Source of the DNA: Candidatus Omnitrophota bacterium
GTDB taxonomy: Bacteria > Omnitrophota > Gorgyraeia > Pluralincolimonadales > Pluralincolimonadaceae
NCBI GenBank assembly: GCA_041651455.1
Contig: JBAZJG010000001.1
Coordinates: 146,535 to 210,534 of the forward strand
DNA length: 64,000 nucleotides
Direction of reading: 5' to 3'
Program-made: the position numbers and the translations under genes
Shown: piece after piece, positions 38,302 to 47,803 of the stretch
How the letters are laid out: each line of letters starts with the position of its first letter
Numbering within the stretch: position 1 is the first letter of the stretch
The notes under the pieces: generated by a model
Seen by the model: the letters and a program-made list of their open reading frames with translations, nothing else
Told to the model about the DNA's origin: nothing
Database searches by the model: none

Positions 38302-39379
38302 GCAAAGGAAAATACTGATAATTAACCCGTTCGGCATCGGAGATGTGCTGTTCACGACGCCGGTCATAGAGTCGATAAAGCATGAGATAAAGGACTGCAG
38401 TATCGGATACCTCTGCAACCGCAGGACGGAACCGGTGCTGAGAGCCAACCCGAATGTCGAATGGGTATTCGTATACGAAAAGGATGAATTCAGGGAGCTC
38501 CGGAGGAAGTCGTTGTTCGGCTATATAAGGAAGCTGGTGTCCTTTATGATGGACATAAGGAGGAAAGGGTTCGATACCTCAATAGACCTCTCGCTTAACA
38601 GGGAATATGGCCTTATATGCCTGCTCGCGGGAATAAAGGAAAGGATAGGTTTCAATTACAGGAACAGGGGGTCATATCTTACAAAGAAGACCGATATTGA
38701 AGGCTACAGCGGAAAGCATGTCATCGAATATTATCTCGGCCTTCTGGAATCGGCGGGGATCAAACCTTCAGTGAAGAATATCGCCCTGTATATACCGGAT
38801 GAAGACAGGCAATGGGCGAAGAGATTCCTTGGCTCCAACGGTTTTATCGAAGGCGAGGTACTTGTTGGAATCGCCCCCGCCGGCGGGGAGAGCTGGGGCA
38901 AGGATGCCGGGATAAAGCATTGGAGGAGCGACGGCTATGCCGCGGCCGCCGACAGGCTTATAGAGGAAGCCAAGGCGAAAGTAATATTGCTTGGCAGCGC
39001 CGGTGAATCGTCTATCTGCGACGGGATCAAGGCCTCTATGCGCAACAGGCCGATCGAGGCGTACGGCAAGACGTCGTTGCTGCAGGCTGCTGCGTTGATG
39101 GCAGCATGCAGGCTCGTGATAGCGAATGACGGGGGCCCCCTTCATCTGGCCGTGGGCGCCGGGACACGGACTGTCGGGATATTCGGGCCGGTTGACGAGA
39201 ATGTTTACGGGCAATACCCGCGCGATTACGGCCGCCATAAGGCCGTGAAGGAGGAGATGTCGTGCCGCCCGTGCTACAGGGATTTCAGGATGAAGGATTG
39301 CGCCGAAAGGGTATGCCTGAGCAGGATAGAACCGGAAACGGTGTTCAAGGCGGCAATGGAGGCCCTGCAGAAAGGATGA
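38294..39379 (+). CDS. Glycosyltransferase family 9 (heptosyltransferase-like), second copy
   Basis: KILIINPFGIGDVLFTTPVI. LVIANDGGPLHLAVGAGTRTVGIFGP. Confidence 0.7.
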   Translation: MAKQRKILIINPFGIGDVLFTTPVIESIKHEIKDCSIGYLCNRRTEPVLRANPNVEWVFVYEKDEFRELRRKSLFGYIRKLVSFMMDIRRKGFDTSIDLSLNREYGLICLLAGIKERIGFNYRNRGSYLTKKTDIEGYSGKHVIEYYLGLLESAGIKPSVKNIALYIPDEDRQWAKRFLGSNGFIEGEVLVGIAPAGGESWGKDAGIKHWRSDGYAAAADRLIEEAKAKVILLGSAGESSICDGIKASMRNRPIEAYGKTSLLQAAALMAACRLVIANDGGPLHLAVGAGTRTVGIFGPVDENVYGQYPRDYGRHKAVKEEMSCRPCYRDFRMKDCAERVCLSRIEPETVFKAAMEALQKG

Positions 39380-40209
39380 GACTCGCACTGATATTCAATA
39401 AGGACAGGGAAGACACGATCGGCTGTTATTTTGAGTCGGCGGCAAGGTCGCTCGGGATCGATTTCGGGCATTTCTGGACAAACGACCCGAATATACCGGC
39501 GGGATACGACCTTTATTTAAGGATAGACCACGGAGATTATAAATACGACATACCCGCCCACCTGAAACCATGCGCATTCTATGCGATAGATACGCACCTC
39601 GAGAAACCGTACAGGAAGATAAGGGCGCAGGCCGCGCACTACGATTATCTTTTTTGCGCGCAGAAGACGGGGGCGACGAAACTGAGCAAGGATACCGGAA
39701 AGGCCGCGGTGTGGGTGCCGATCGCCTGCGACCCGGATAAGCACTTGGACCTTGGCATAGAGAGAAGGTTCGATATCGCGTTCGTCGGCACCGAAGGAAA
39801 GAAGAACCCGAGGGGAGAGCTGCTAAAACGGCTTGCCGTCAGGTATCCCGACAGTTTTATAGGCAGGGCGGATTCAGGCCTGATGTCTAACATATACAGC
39901 AGCGCGAAGATCGGGTTCAACTATTCGATAAACAACGATATTAATATGAGGATGTTCGAGGTGCTTTCATGCGGAGCGATGCTCTTGACGAACGTCATTA
40001 AGGATAACGGTTTCGAGGAGCTGTTTTCAGACGGGAAAAACGCCGTCGTATACAGGGATGAGGCGGACCTTTTAAGGAAGGCGGATTATTTCCTCAATGA
40101 CCCGGCAATGAGGCAGAAGATTGCCGGGGAAGGGCATAGTCTCGCCGTTTCAGAGTATACGTATAGTAAACGGCTCGCCCAAATGCTGGAGGCGAGCGGA
40201 TGGAAGTAA
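39376..40209 (+). CDS. CgeB-like / DUF3880-type GT-B glycosyltransferase
   Basis: ATGA overlap start. The C-terminal region NMRMFEVLSCGAMLLTN...YRDEADL resembles CgeB-family proteins. Confidence 0.45.
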   Translation: MRLALIFNKDREDTIGCYFESAARSLGIDFGHFWTNDPNIPAGYDLYLRIDHGDYKYDIPAHLKPCAFYAIDTHLEKPYRKIRAQAAHYDYLFCAQKTGATKLSKDTGKAAVWVPIACDPDKHLDLGIERRFDIAFVGTEGKKNPRGELLKRLAVRYPDSFIGRADSGLMSNIYSSAKIGFNYSINNDINMRMFEVLSCGAMLLTNVIKDNGFEELFSDGKNAVVYRDEADLLRKADYFLNDPAMRQKIAGEGHSLAVSEYTYSKRLAQMLEASGWK

Positions 40210-41192
40210 AGTGCGACCTTGTGCTGCTGAGCTGGAATAACCTCGCGATACTAAAGAAGTGCGTCGAATCGATTTTGCGGTGCACGAAAGTGCGCTGCCG
40301 GCTCATTATAGTTGATAACGCGTCCACGGAACACGGCCTGAAGGAGTACCTGATCGCGCTGAAAGGCAACGAATATATCACGGTAGAGGCCATATTCAAC
40401 TGCGTGAACGAGGGTTTCGCGCGCGGCATGAATAAGGGCCTCAAAGCGTCTGATGCGGAGTATGCCTGCATCCTGAACAATGATATTATCGTGACGGAAG
40501 GATGGCTATCGGAGATGATCAAGGTCGCCGGGAGCGACGCCTCGATAGGGATAGTAAACCCGTCATCGAATAACTTCGGCGCAAGTAAGCGTGTCGGCTC
40601 CGGCGGATGGGTAGAGATGAACGCAGGGGTGGGATTCTGCATGCTGATAAAACGCGAAGTCATAAGGAAGATCGGTTATCTCGACGATGAGTTCGGCTAC
40701 GCTTATTTCGAGGATACAGATTACAGCCGCCGCGCGCAGGCGGCGGGATACAAATGCGTGATGGCGAAGGGATGTTATGTATTCCACGAGGAAGGCAGGT
40801 CGGGGAAGTTCCTCAGGGACAAGAAACGGACATTCGACAGGAGCGCGGGGATCTTCGCGTTGAAATGGGGAAAAGTGTCGCGGGTCGTGTATATATTGTC
40901 GCGGAATGACGCAGGGCGGATGGATAAGATGGCAGAGAGCGTCAGGCATGAACTCGGCAACCATAACCGGATATGGCTCTTCATAGAGAAGGGGCTCGAG
41001 ACCGGCCCGCTCCCTGAGCACCTCGACCTCATGGTGCAGGAAAAGCCCAAAAACTTCTTTAAATTGAAATCATTTTGGAATATCATAAAAAAGAAGAAAA
41101 GCTTCGACAGGATCTACACGGCAGACCCCGCGCTAAGGACCGCGCTTTCCGCGTACGGACTGGTCCGTAATTCGAAAATAAAGAGGATATGA
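40200..41192 (+). CDS. Glycosyltransferase family 2
   Basis: LVLLSWNNLAIL...LIIVDNASTE...ILNNDIIV...FEDTDYS. Confidence 0.65.
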   Translation: MEVKCDLVLLSWNNLAILKKCVESILRCTKVRCRLIIVDNASTEHGLKEYLIALKGNEYITVEAIFNCVNEGFARGMNKGLKASDAEYACILNNDIIVTEGWLSEMIKVAGSDASIGIVNPSSNNFGASKRVGSGGWVEMNAGVGFCMLIKREVIRKIGYLDDEFGYAYFEDTDYSRRAQAAGYKCVMAKGCYVFHEEGRSGKFLRDKKRTFDRSAGIFALKWGKVSRVVYILSRNDAGRMDKMAESVRHELGNHNRIWLFIEKGLETGPLPEHLDLMVQEKPKNFFKLKSFWNIIKKKKSFDRIYTADPALRTALSAYGLVRNSKIKRI

Positions 41193-41193
41193 T

Positions 41194-41970
41194 TTGGAAA
41201 AGATACCCGTATCGGTCGTCGTCATAGTCAGGAACGAAGAGAAGCGTCTCGCGCAGTGCCTCGAGAGCGCGGCATGGTCCGACGATATCGTTATAGTCGA
41301 CGACATGAGCACCGACAGGACGGTAGAGATAGCGCGCCGGTATACGGACAGGGTCTTCGAGAAGAAGATGGAGGTGGAAGGAACCCACCGGAATTACGCG
41401 TATTCGCTGGCACGCAACGAATGGGTCCTGAGCCTCGACGCAGATGAGGTCGTCACGCCGGAATTGGCGTCGGAGATATCGCAGGTCGTTAAGGGCGATG
41501 CCGCGGGCAAGCTGGACGAATATGTAGTATTCGCCATACCTCTCAGGAATTTTGTAGGCAAGTACTGGGTGCGCCATGGAGGATGGTATCCCGCATATAA
41601 GGACAGGCTTTTCCGGAAAGGGCGTTTCAAATACGAAGAAGCGGGGGTGCATCCACGTGTCATATATGAGGGAAGGTGCGGACGGCTGAAGTCGGACATA
41701 ATCCATTATTCATACGAGGATTTCTCGGAGCTTGTCGCATCCATGAACGGGCAGACCACGAAAGAAGCGCAAAAGTGGGTGTCGGACGGCAGGAAGATGA
41801 CCCTCGGTAAGGCCCTTTGGAGGGCGTTCGACAGGTTCTACCGCTGTTATTTCACGAAGAAAGGCGGGCGCGACGGCGTTATAGGGCTGATGATCGCGGT
41901 CAACAGCGGCATCTACCAGGTGCTCAGCTATGCGAAATACTGGGAGACAAATGCAAGAACCAAGACTTAG
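41194..41970 (+). CDS. Glycosyltransferase family 2, WaaE/KdtX-like (LPS core type)
   Basis: VSVVVIVRNEEKRLAQCLES...IVIVDDMSTDRT...LSLDADEVV. TTG start after an AAGAGGA RBS. Confidence 0.6.
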   Translation: MEKIPVSVVVIVRNEEKRLAQCLESAAWSDDIVIVDDMSTDRTVEIARRYTDRVFEKKMEVEGTHRNYAYSLARNEWVLSLDADEVVTPELASEISQVVKGDAAGKLDEYVVFAIPLRNFVGKYWVRHGGWYPAYKDRLFRKGRFKYEEAGVHPRVIYEGRCGRLKSDIIHYSYEDFSELVASMNGQTTKEAQKWVSDGRKMTLGKALWRAFDRFYRCYFTKKGGRDGVIGLMIAVNSGIYQVLSYAKYWETNARTKT

Positions 41971-42721
41971 CGTCGTGATACTTACGAAGAACGCCGAGGA
42001 TTGCGTAGGCGCGTGCCTTGAAAGCGTGAAGTGGGCGGACGAGATAATAATCGTCGACGGCTTCTCCACCGACGGGACGCTCGATATCTGCAGGAAATAT
42101 ACCGGCAGGATAATACAGAGCGAGTTCAAGGGTTTCGCGCAGGAGAGGAACAAGGGGATAGATAATTCAAAGGGTGACTGGGTCCTGCAGCTCGACGCGG
42201 ATGAGGTCGTTACACCCGGGCTCGCTGCGGCGCTTAAAAAAGCCATGTCCGCATCCGGGGAGATTGCCGGATACAAGTTCAGGAGGAAGAACTATTTCCT
42301 CGGCCGTCCGATGAGGTACGGGGGATGGTACCATTATTCGGCGCATTTCTTCAAAAAAGGGTGCGGAAGGTATGAGGGCCTCATACACGAGAGGCTGAAG
42401 CTGACTGGCCCGCAAGGCGTCATCGAAGAGGAGATAGAGCACCGGCCGTTCAAGTCGATGGAACAGTTCATCGAGAGGCAGAACAGGTATACGGGTTACG
42501 AGGCGATGGATATACTGAACGAAAAATGGGTCCTTCCCGAAAAGGAGGTCATGTACAACCTCAAGGTGAAGCCGCTGAAGTTGTTCTGGAAGTTGTACGT
42601 TAAGAAGCAGGGATTCAGGGAAGGCAGGATAGGGCTCATATTTTCCGTCATGTATTCGTACGTGCATTTCATGAAATGGGCAAAATACTGGGAGCTGACG
42701 TATGGCAAGAAAGCAGCATAA
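41951..42721 (+). CDS. Glycosyltransferase family 2, WaaE/KdtX-like, tandem paralogue of the preceding gene
   Basis: LSVVILTKNAEDCVGACLES...IIIVDGFSTDGT...LQLDADEVV. ATG 41951 with a GGGAG RBS. The track start 41930 is possible. Confidence 0.6.
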   Translation: MQEPRLSVVILTKNAEDCVGACLESVKWADEIIIVDGFSTDGTLDICRKYTGRIIQSEFKGFAQERNKGIDNSKGDWVLQLDADEVVTPGLAAALKKAMSASGEIAGYKFRRKNYFLGRPMRYGGWYHYSAHFFKKGCGRYEGLIHERLKLTGPQGVIEEEIEHRPFKSMEQFIERQNRYTGYEAMDILNEKWVLPEKEVMYNLKVKPLKLFWKLYVKKQGFREGRIGLIFSVMYSYVHFMKWAKYWELTYGKKAA

Positions 42722-43295
42722 GGTCATATTCCTCGACAGGGACGGCGTCATAAATGTCGACCCCGAGTTCATAAACGAGTATATGTATGTGACGAAGTGG
42801 GAGGAGTTCAGGTTCATCCCGCGCGCGAAGCAGGCGATGAAGAAGCTCGCCGACAACGGTTATTCCGTATACATAATCTCGAACCAGGCGGGCATAGGCA
42901 AGGGGTATTTTACCTTGAACGCGCTGTCGGATATCACGAGGAAGATGCGCTCCGAGATAAGGAAAGCAGGCGGCAGGATAGCGGGTGCCTACTATTGCCC
43001 GCACAGAAAAGAGCAGCGGTGCGCGTGCAGGAAACCGAAAACGGGCCTTTTCAGAAAGGCGTTGAAACGCGGAAAGATCGATTTCGGAGGCACGTATTTC
43101 ATCGGGGACAATATCAGGGATGTGGTAGCCGGGAAGGCCATCGGCTGCGCCACGATACTCGTCCTCTCGGGCAAGACGAAGAGATCTGACGTGAAACGAA
43201 ACTCGGCAAAGTGGGAAGCGAAGCCGGATTTCATCAAACGCGACTTGTATGACGCGGTGAACCTGGTCCTTAGGAGGGACGAGAAAAGAACATGA
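42702..43295 (+). CDS. gmhB: D-glycero-D-manno-heptose 1,7-bisphosphate phosphatase (HAD family, GmhB-type)
   Basis: VIFLDRDGVIN is HAD motif I. CPHRKEQRCACRKPKTG is the GmhB Zn-binding Cys cluster. GDNIRD is motif IV. Confidence 0.7.
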   Translation: MARKQHKVIFLDRDGVINVDPEFINEYMYVTKWEEFRFIPRAKQAMKKLADNGYSVYIISNQAGIGKGYFTLNALSDITRKMRSEIRKAGGRIAGAYYCPHRKEQRCACRKPKTGLFRKALKRGKIDFGGTYFIGDNIRDVVAGKAIGCATILVLSGKTKRSDVKRNSAKWEAKPDFIKRDLYDAVNLVLRRDEKRT

Positions 43296-44419
43296 AGATA
43301 TTCATAGTCCATGCGCCGGCCGGAGCCGGGCACAAGAGCGCCGCATTCGCAATAAAGGACGCATTCGATAAGGCCAAGACGGGGCATGACGTTAGGGTCA
43401 TCGATTCGCTCGAGTATATGAACTGGTTCTTCAGGAAGACGTATATATGGGGGTATAACTTCATGGTTTCGAGGGCCCCGTTCCTCTGGAGCTTCTCGTT
43501 CTACCTGACGGATTTCAAGCCGATACGGCCGCTCATAAGGTCGATAAGGCGAATGACAAATTTCCTTAACGGCTATGCGTTCTATAAGTTCATACGAAAG
43601 GAGAACCCCGATTGCATAGTGTCGACGCATTTCCTGTCGACGGAGATAATATCGAACCTTAAACTGTCGAAGATGTACGGCGGTGAGCTGATAACCGTCA
43701 TTACCGATTACGGCGTGCATGATTTCTGGATATCCGCGCAGGTGGACATATACGTCGTAGCGTCGGAATATACGAAGAAAGAGCTTGTATCTAAGGGCAT
43801 ACCCGCCGAGAGGATCAGGGTCCTCGGCATCCCGGTGCAGGAGAAGTTCACCCGCAGGTGGGAGAGGGGCGAAGCCGCGAGCAACCTGGGACTCAAGGAG
43901 GGATTGTTCACGGTCCTTATAATAGGAGGCGGCCTCGGGGTTGGACCGATTCCGCAGATGGTCGAGACGATATCGAAGACGCAGGAGCCGTTCCAGATCA
44001 TGGTGGTCTGCGGCAAGAACGAGGCGCTGCGCAGGCATATAGAAGGGATAGCCAAGGGGTCGAAGACGGCGATGAAGATCTACGGTTTCGCCGATAACGT
44101 GAACGAGCTTATGGACGCATCCGATGTCATGATATCGAAACCCGGAGGGCTCAGCATCTCCGAGGCGATGGTAAAGGGGGTGCCGGTCATAGTGAACACT
44201 TTCATTCCCGGCCAGGAAGAGAATAACCTGATGTTCCTTGAAAAGAACGGCGTAGGTATCGGGACGAAGACGATCGCCGAGACCCTTGATAAGCTGGAGT
44301 ACCTGTTCAGGCACAAGGAAGTGCTTGAAACGATGCGGTCTAAAGCGAAACAGCTCGGTAAGCCCTCATCGGCCGGCGATATAGCCCTTCTCGTCCTGCA
44401 GACTGTGGAGAAGAGATGA
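43292..44419 (+). CDS. GT28 glycolipid synthase (MGDG-synthase N-domain plus Glyco_tran_28_C; diacylglycerol glycosyltransferase-like)
   Basis: APAGAGHKSAAFAI N-terminus. ISKPGGLSISEAMVKGVPVI C-terminal region. AGGAGG RBS. Confidence 0.6.
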   Translation: MKIFIVHAPAGAGHKSAAFAIKDAFDKAKTGHDVRVIDSLEYMNWFFRKTYIWGYNFMVSRAPFLWSFSFYLTDFKPIRPLIRSIRRMTNFLNGYAFYKFIRKENPDCIVSTHFLSTEIISNLKLSKMYGGELITVITDYGVHDFWISAQVDIYVVASEYTKKELVSKGIPAERIRVLGIPVQEKFTRRWERGEAASNLGLKEGLFTVLIIGGGLGVGPIPQMVETISKTQEPFQIMVVCGKNEALRRHIEGIAKGSKTAMKIYGFADNVNELMDASDVMISKPGGLSISEAMVKGVPVIVNTFIPGQEENNLMFLEKNGVGIGTKTIAETLDKLEYLFRHKEVLETMRSKAKQLGKPSSAGDIALLVLQTVEKR

Positions 44420-45084
44420 GCAAGGCCGGATCGAGGAAAGAACTGCTCGATATCGTAAAGGGCGTCAAGTCATATATAGAACTCGAGAGGAATGGCGGGG
44501 TGGATTCGATCATGGTCGCGGCGCCGGCGGGAAAAGCAGGGCTTTCCGATATAAAGTCGGAAGTATTCCGCTGCAAGGCATGCCCTCTCTATAGGACAAA
44601 GACGAATTACGTATTCTCAGACGGCAGCGACAATGCCAGGCTGATGTTCGTGGGCGAGGCCCCCGGGGCGGACGAAGACGCGCAGGGCGTACCGTTCGTA
44701 GGAAGGGCCGGGCAGCTGCTTACCAAGATGATAGAGGCGATGGGGCTCAGGAGGCAGGAAGTATATATATGCAATGTCCTTAAATGCCGCCCCCCCGAGA
44801 ACAGGAGCCCTCTTCCCGAAGAGGTTAAGGCCTGTAAGGGCTACCTGATGCGGCAGATCGAGCTCGTATCGCCTAAGGTCATATGCTGCCTCGGAAAACA
44901 TGCAGCTCAGGCGCTGCTCGATATGGATGTCCCCATTACAAAGGTCAGGGGGAAGGAAATGGAATTCAACGGGAGGATCATGATACCGACCTACCATCCC
45001 GCATACCTGCTCAGGAACCCGCCGGCGAAGAAAGAGGTCTGGGAAGACCTGAAGAAGATCATGAAAATATTATCGGAGGATTGA
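44416..45084 (+). CDS. Uracil-DNA glycosylase, family 4 (Fe-S type)
   Basis: CKACPL...[12 protein letters not shown]...FVGRAGQLL...[11 protein letters not shown] motifs. Confidence 0.8.
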   Translation: MSKAGSRKELLDIVKGVKSYIELERNGGVDSIMVAAPAGKAGLSDIKSEVFRCKACPLYRTKTNYVFSDGSDNARLMFVGEAPGADEDAQGVPFVGRAGQLLTKMIEAMGLRRQEVYICNVLKCRPPENRSPLPEEVKACKGYLMRQIELVSPKVICCLGKHAAQALLDMDVPITKVRGKEMEFNGRIMIPTYHPAYLLRNPPAKKEVWEDLKKIMKILSED

Positions 45085-45085
45085 T

Positions 45086-47092
45086 TTGGCGTCGAAGGAT
45101 TATGCCGAGATAGCCGTGGGGCTTCCCGTGAGGAAGCCCTTTCATTACCGGATACCTCCCGAGCTTGCCGGTATGGCCGAAGCCGGTAAAAGGGTTTGGG
45201 TGCCTTTCGGGCCGAGGAAACTCGTCGGTTATATAACGGGTTTTACCGACAGGCCTGGCGTCGAAGGCATAAAGGACATAATATCCGTAATAGACAGCGA
45301 AGGCCCGGCCATTAGTTCCGAGCTGCTGTTGCTGACGAAATGGATATCGGAATATTACCACTCCTCGTGGGGCGAGGCGATAGAGGCAGCATTGCCGGGC
45401 CCGCTGAAAAAAGGCAAGATAAAAGCAGCGCCGAGGAATCCCGCGCCCGAAGAGGAATATAAACCCACCAGGAATCTCAAGCTTACGCAGGAGCAGGCCT
45501 CCGCGCTTAAACCCATCCTCGAATCGGTATCCAAAGGGAAGAGCGACGTCTACCTGCTTCACGGTATTACCGGCAGCGGAAAGACCGAGGTTTACCTGCA
45601 GTCGATCGAGTACGCGCTCGGGCAGGGGAAGGGCGCAATAGTACTTGTCCCTGAGATATCGCTTACGCCGCAGACGGTCGAGTGGTTCAAGTCGAGGTTC
45701 GGAGGGATCGTCGCGGTCCTGCACAGCCGGTTGCTCGAGACGGAAAGGTTCGTGGAATGGAAGAAACTTAAGGATGGGAAGGCGAGGATAGCGGTCGGAG
45801 CGCGTTCGGCGATATTCGCGCCGGTGGCCGACCTCGGGCTCATAGTCATCGACGAGGAACATGAGACCTCGTACAAACAGGATGACGCGCCCCGCTATAA
45901 CGCGAGGGACGTCGCGATCGAAAGGGCTCGGATAACCGGAGCGGCCGTCATTCTCGGCGGCGCAACCCCGTCGGTAGAGACCTACCGGAAAGCCCTGAGC
46001 GGCGAATATAAGCTGTTGAGGATGGCGGAGCGCATAGAAAAGAGGTCCCTCCCGAAGGTCGATATCATTGATATGCGCCAGGAGATGATAGACACAAAGG
46101 GCAACAGGATATTCTCTCGCGCGCTGGAGCATGCAGTATCGCAGGTGCTTAACAAGGGCGGGCAGGTGATGCTGCTGATGAACCGCCGCGGGTTTTCCAC
46201 ATTCGTGAACTGCAAGAGATGCGGATATACGGTCAAGTGCAGGCACTGCAGCGTATCGATGACATACCATTACGACACGAAGAAACTGAACTGCCATTAC
46301 TGCAATTATGAGTCGCTGCCTCCGGAGAAGTGCCCGAAATGCCGGAACGGCCAGATGCAATATTACGGTGCGGGGACGCAGAAGGTGGAGAGCGAGGCCT
46401 CTCGCATTTTTCCGGCCGCGCGCATAGCGAGGATGGATACCGACTCGACGGCAAAAAGGGGCTCCCACAGGCAGATACTCGGGGATTTCAGGAAACACAG
46501 GATAGATATCCTTATAGGCACGCAGATGATAGCAAAAGGCCACGATTTCCCGCGCGTCATGCTTGTCGGGGTGATATCTGCGGACACTGCGCTGAACCTT
46601 CCGGATTTCAGGTCGGGAGAGAGGACCTTTAACCTGCTGACCCAGGTGGCCGGAAGGGCGGGCCGCGGGCCCGAGCCCGGCAGGGTGATCGTACAGACGT
46701 TCTCACCCGAGCATTACGCAGTAGAGAAGAGCGTTACCCATGATTATGCGGGCTTCTTTGAGCAGGAGATAAAGTTCAGGAAGGAGCTCGGTTATCCGCC
46801 TTTCAGCCATATCGTCGATATAAAGCTCAGGGGAAGGAATGAGGATAGGGTCATTAGGGCGGCGCATGACCTCGCGTCGCTTCTCGGGCCGTTCATAGAG
46901 GGCAAGGATGCCGCGCTCGTCGGTCCGGCGCCGGAGTTCATCGCGAGGATAAAAGGACAATACAGGTGGAGCATGTTCCTGAAGGGCGCAAGGCCGGACG
47001 AGATGTGCGTTTATATAGACAAAGCGCTTGCGTTGCTGAAAGGGAAGTCCGGGGTCACAATAACAGTAGACGTTGACCCGGTGGGATTGTGA
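45086..47092 (+). CDS. priA: Primosomal protein N' (PriA helicase)
   Basis: GITGSGKTEVYL Walker A. Cys-rich CKRCGY...CRHCS...CHYC...CPKC zinc-binding region. TTG start after a GGAGGA RBS. Confidence 0.85.
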   Translation: MASKDYAEIAVGLPVRKPFHYRIPPELAGMAEAGKRVWVPFGPRKLVGYITGFTDRPGVEGIKDIISVIDSEGPAISSELLLLTKWISEYYHSSWGEAIEAALPGPLKKGKIKAAPRNPAPEEEYKPTRNLKLTQEQASALKPILESVSKGKSDVYLLHGITGSGKTEVYLQSIEYALGQGKGAIVLVPEISLTPQTVEWFKSRFGGIVAVLHSRLLETERFVEWKKLKDGKARIAVGARSAIFAPVADLGLIVIDEEHETSYKQDDAPRYNARDVAIERARITGAAVILGGATPSVETYRKALSGEYKLLRMAERIEKRSLPKVDIIDMRQEMIDTKGNRIFSRALEHAVSQVLNKGGQVMLLMNRRGFSTFVNCKRCGYTVKCRHCSVSMTYHYDTKKLNCHYCNYESLPPEKCPKCRNGQMQYYGAGTQKVESEASRIFPAARIARMDTDSTAKRGSHRQILGDFRKHRIDILIGTQMIAKGHDFPRVMLVGVISADTALNLPDFRSGERTFNLLTQVAGRAGRGPEPGRVIVQTFSPEHYAVEKSVTHDYAGFFEQEIKFRKELGYPPFSHIVDIKLRGRNEDRVIRAAHDLASLLGPFIEGKDAALVGPAPEFIARIKGQYRWSMFLKGARPDEMCVYIDKALALLKGKSGVTITVDVDPVGL

Positions 47093-47102
47093 GGATACGC
47101 AA

Positions 47103-47705
47103 TTACTGGTTCTCGAAATTGCCCTTTAGCGTTTTTATAGCGTCGAGTTCCTTTATGCCGTGCTCGGCTTCCATGTCGTTCGGGTTGGCCTTCAGCGCAG
47201 CGCTGTAGTAGGCCCTGGCCTTATCGTAATTCTCCATGGTCCTGTAAAGCCCCGCGAGTTTTTTCAATGACGCAAAATCCGCATTATTAATTAACGGTAC
47301 GCCTTCTAGTATCTTTATTGCGTTCCAAGTCTGTCCTTCGCTGATGAAGCAATCGGCTATGGCATTTAAGATGGTGCCGTTTCCGGGGTCGGCCCTCATG
47401 GCTTTCTCGTAGGTATATATCGCCTGCGAGGTCTTGCCTGTCTTGCGCATCGAAAGGGCCTGCATATTAAGGATCCCGGACGTAATCTTCCCGACCAGCA
47501 AGGTAAATATGTTGGAATGGCGTTTGCTGTTCTCCCAGAGCGAGAACCACAAATAATAGCGTGCTTCCGCGAAATCCTCTTTCAGTGCGAGCGCGGCCCC
47601 GAAGAGCTCGATCGCATAAGCATAATTCTCCCTTTGTATCGCAGCAATACCCTTGTCATAGTAATCCCTTATTTCTTTTGGAATGTTTTGCGGGGCATCG
47701 TTCAT
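47103..47705 (-). CDS. TPR-repeat protein
   Basis: It is the only clear minus-strand gene. Repeated A..Y/W..G...A TPR consensus. AAGGAG RBS and a promoter-like element upstream. Confidence 0.6.
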   Translation of the reverse strand: MNDAPQNIPKEIRDYYDKGIAAIQRENYAYAIELFGAALALKEDFAEARYYLWFSLWENSKRHSNIFTLLVGKITSGILNMQALSMRKTGKTSQAIYTYEKAMRADPGNGTILNAIADCFISEGQTWNAIKILEGVPLINNADFASLKKLAGLYRTMENYDKARAYYSAALKANPNDMEAEHGIKELDAIKTLKGNFENQ

Positions 47706-47725
47706 TAAAAGGCTCCTTTTAGAGA

Positions 47726-47755
47726 ATTATAGCCCTTTTTGCGGAGGGGTGTCAA
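47726..47755 (-). promoter_or_regulatory. Sigma70-like promoter for the TPR gene: TTGACA, 18-nt spacer, TATAAT (read on the minus strand)
   Basis: Plus-strand tgtcaa at 47750-47755 and attata at 47726-47731. The spacing is appropriate and the ATG is at 47705. Confidence 0.4.
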
Positions 47756-47803
47756 CCCTTTTTTGGAATTGGATTTTCAGACGATTTATAGTAGAATAAT
47801 GCC

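Noticed and set aside
39262-39375. Longer N-termini given by the ORF track for the CgeB-like GT
   Set aside because: The track start at 39262 lies inside the upstream gene. The internal ATG at 39376 sits exactly on the upstream stop codon (ATGA) and begins the conserved N-terminus of the domain.
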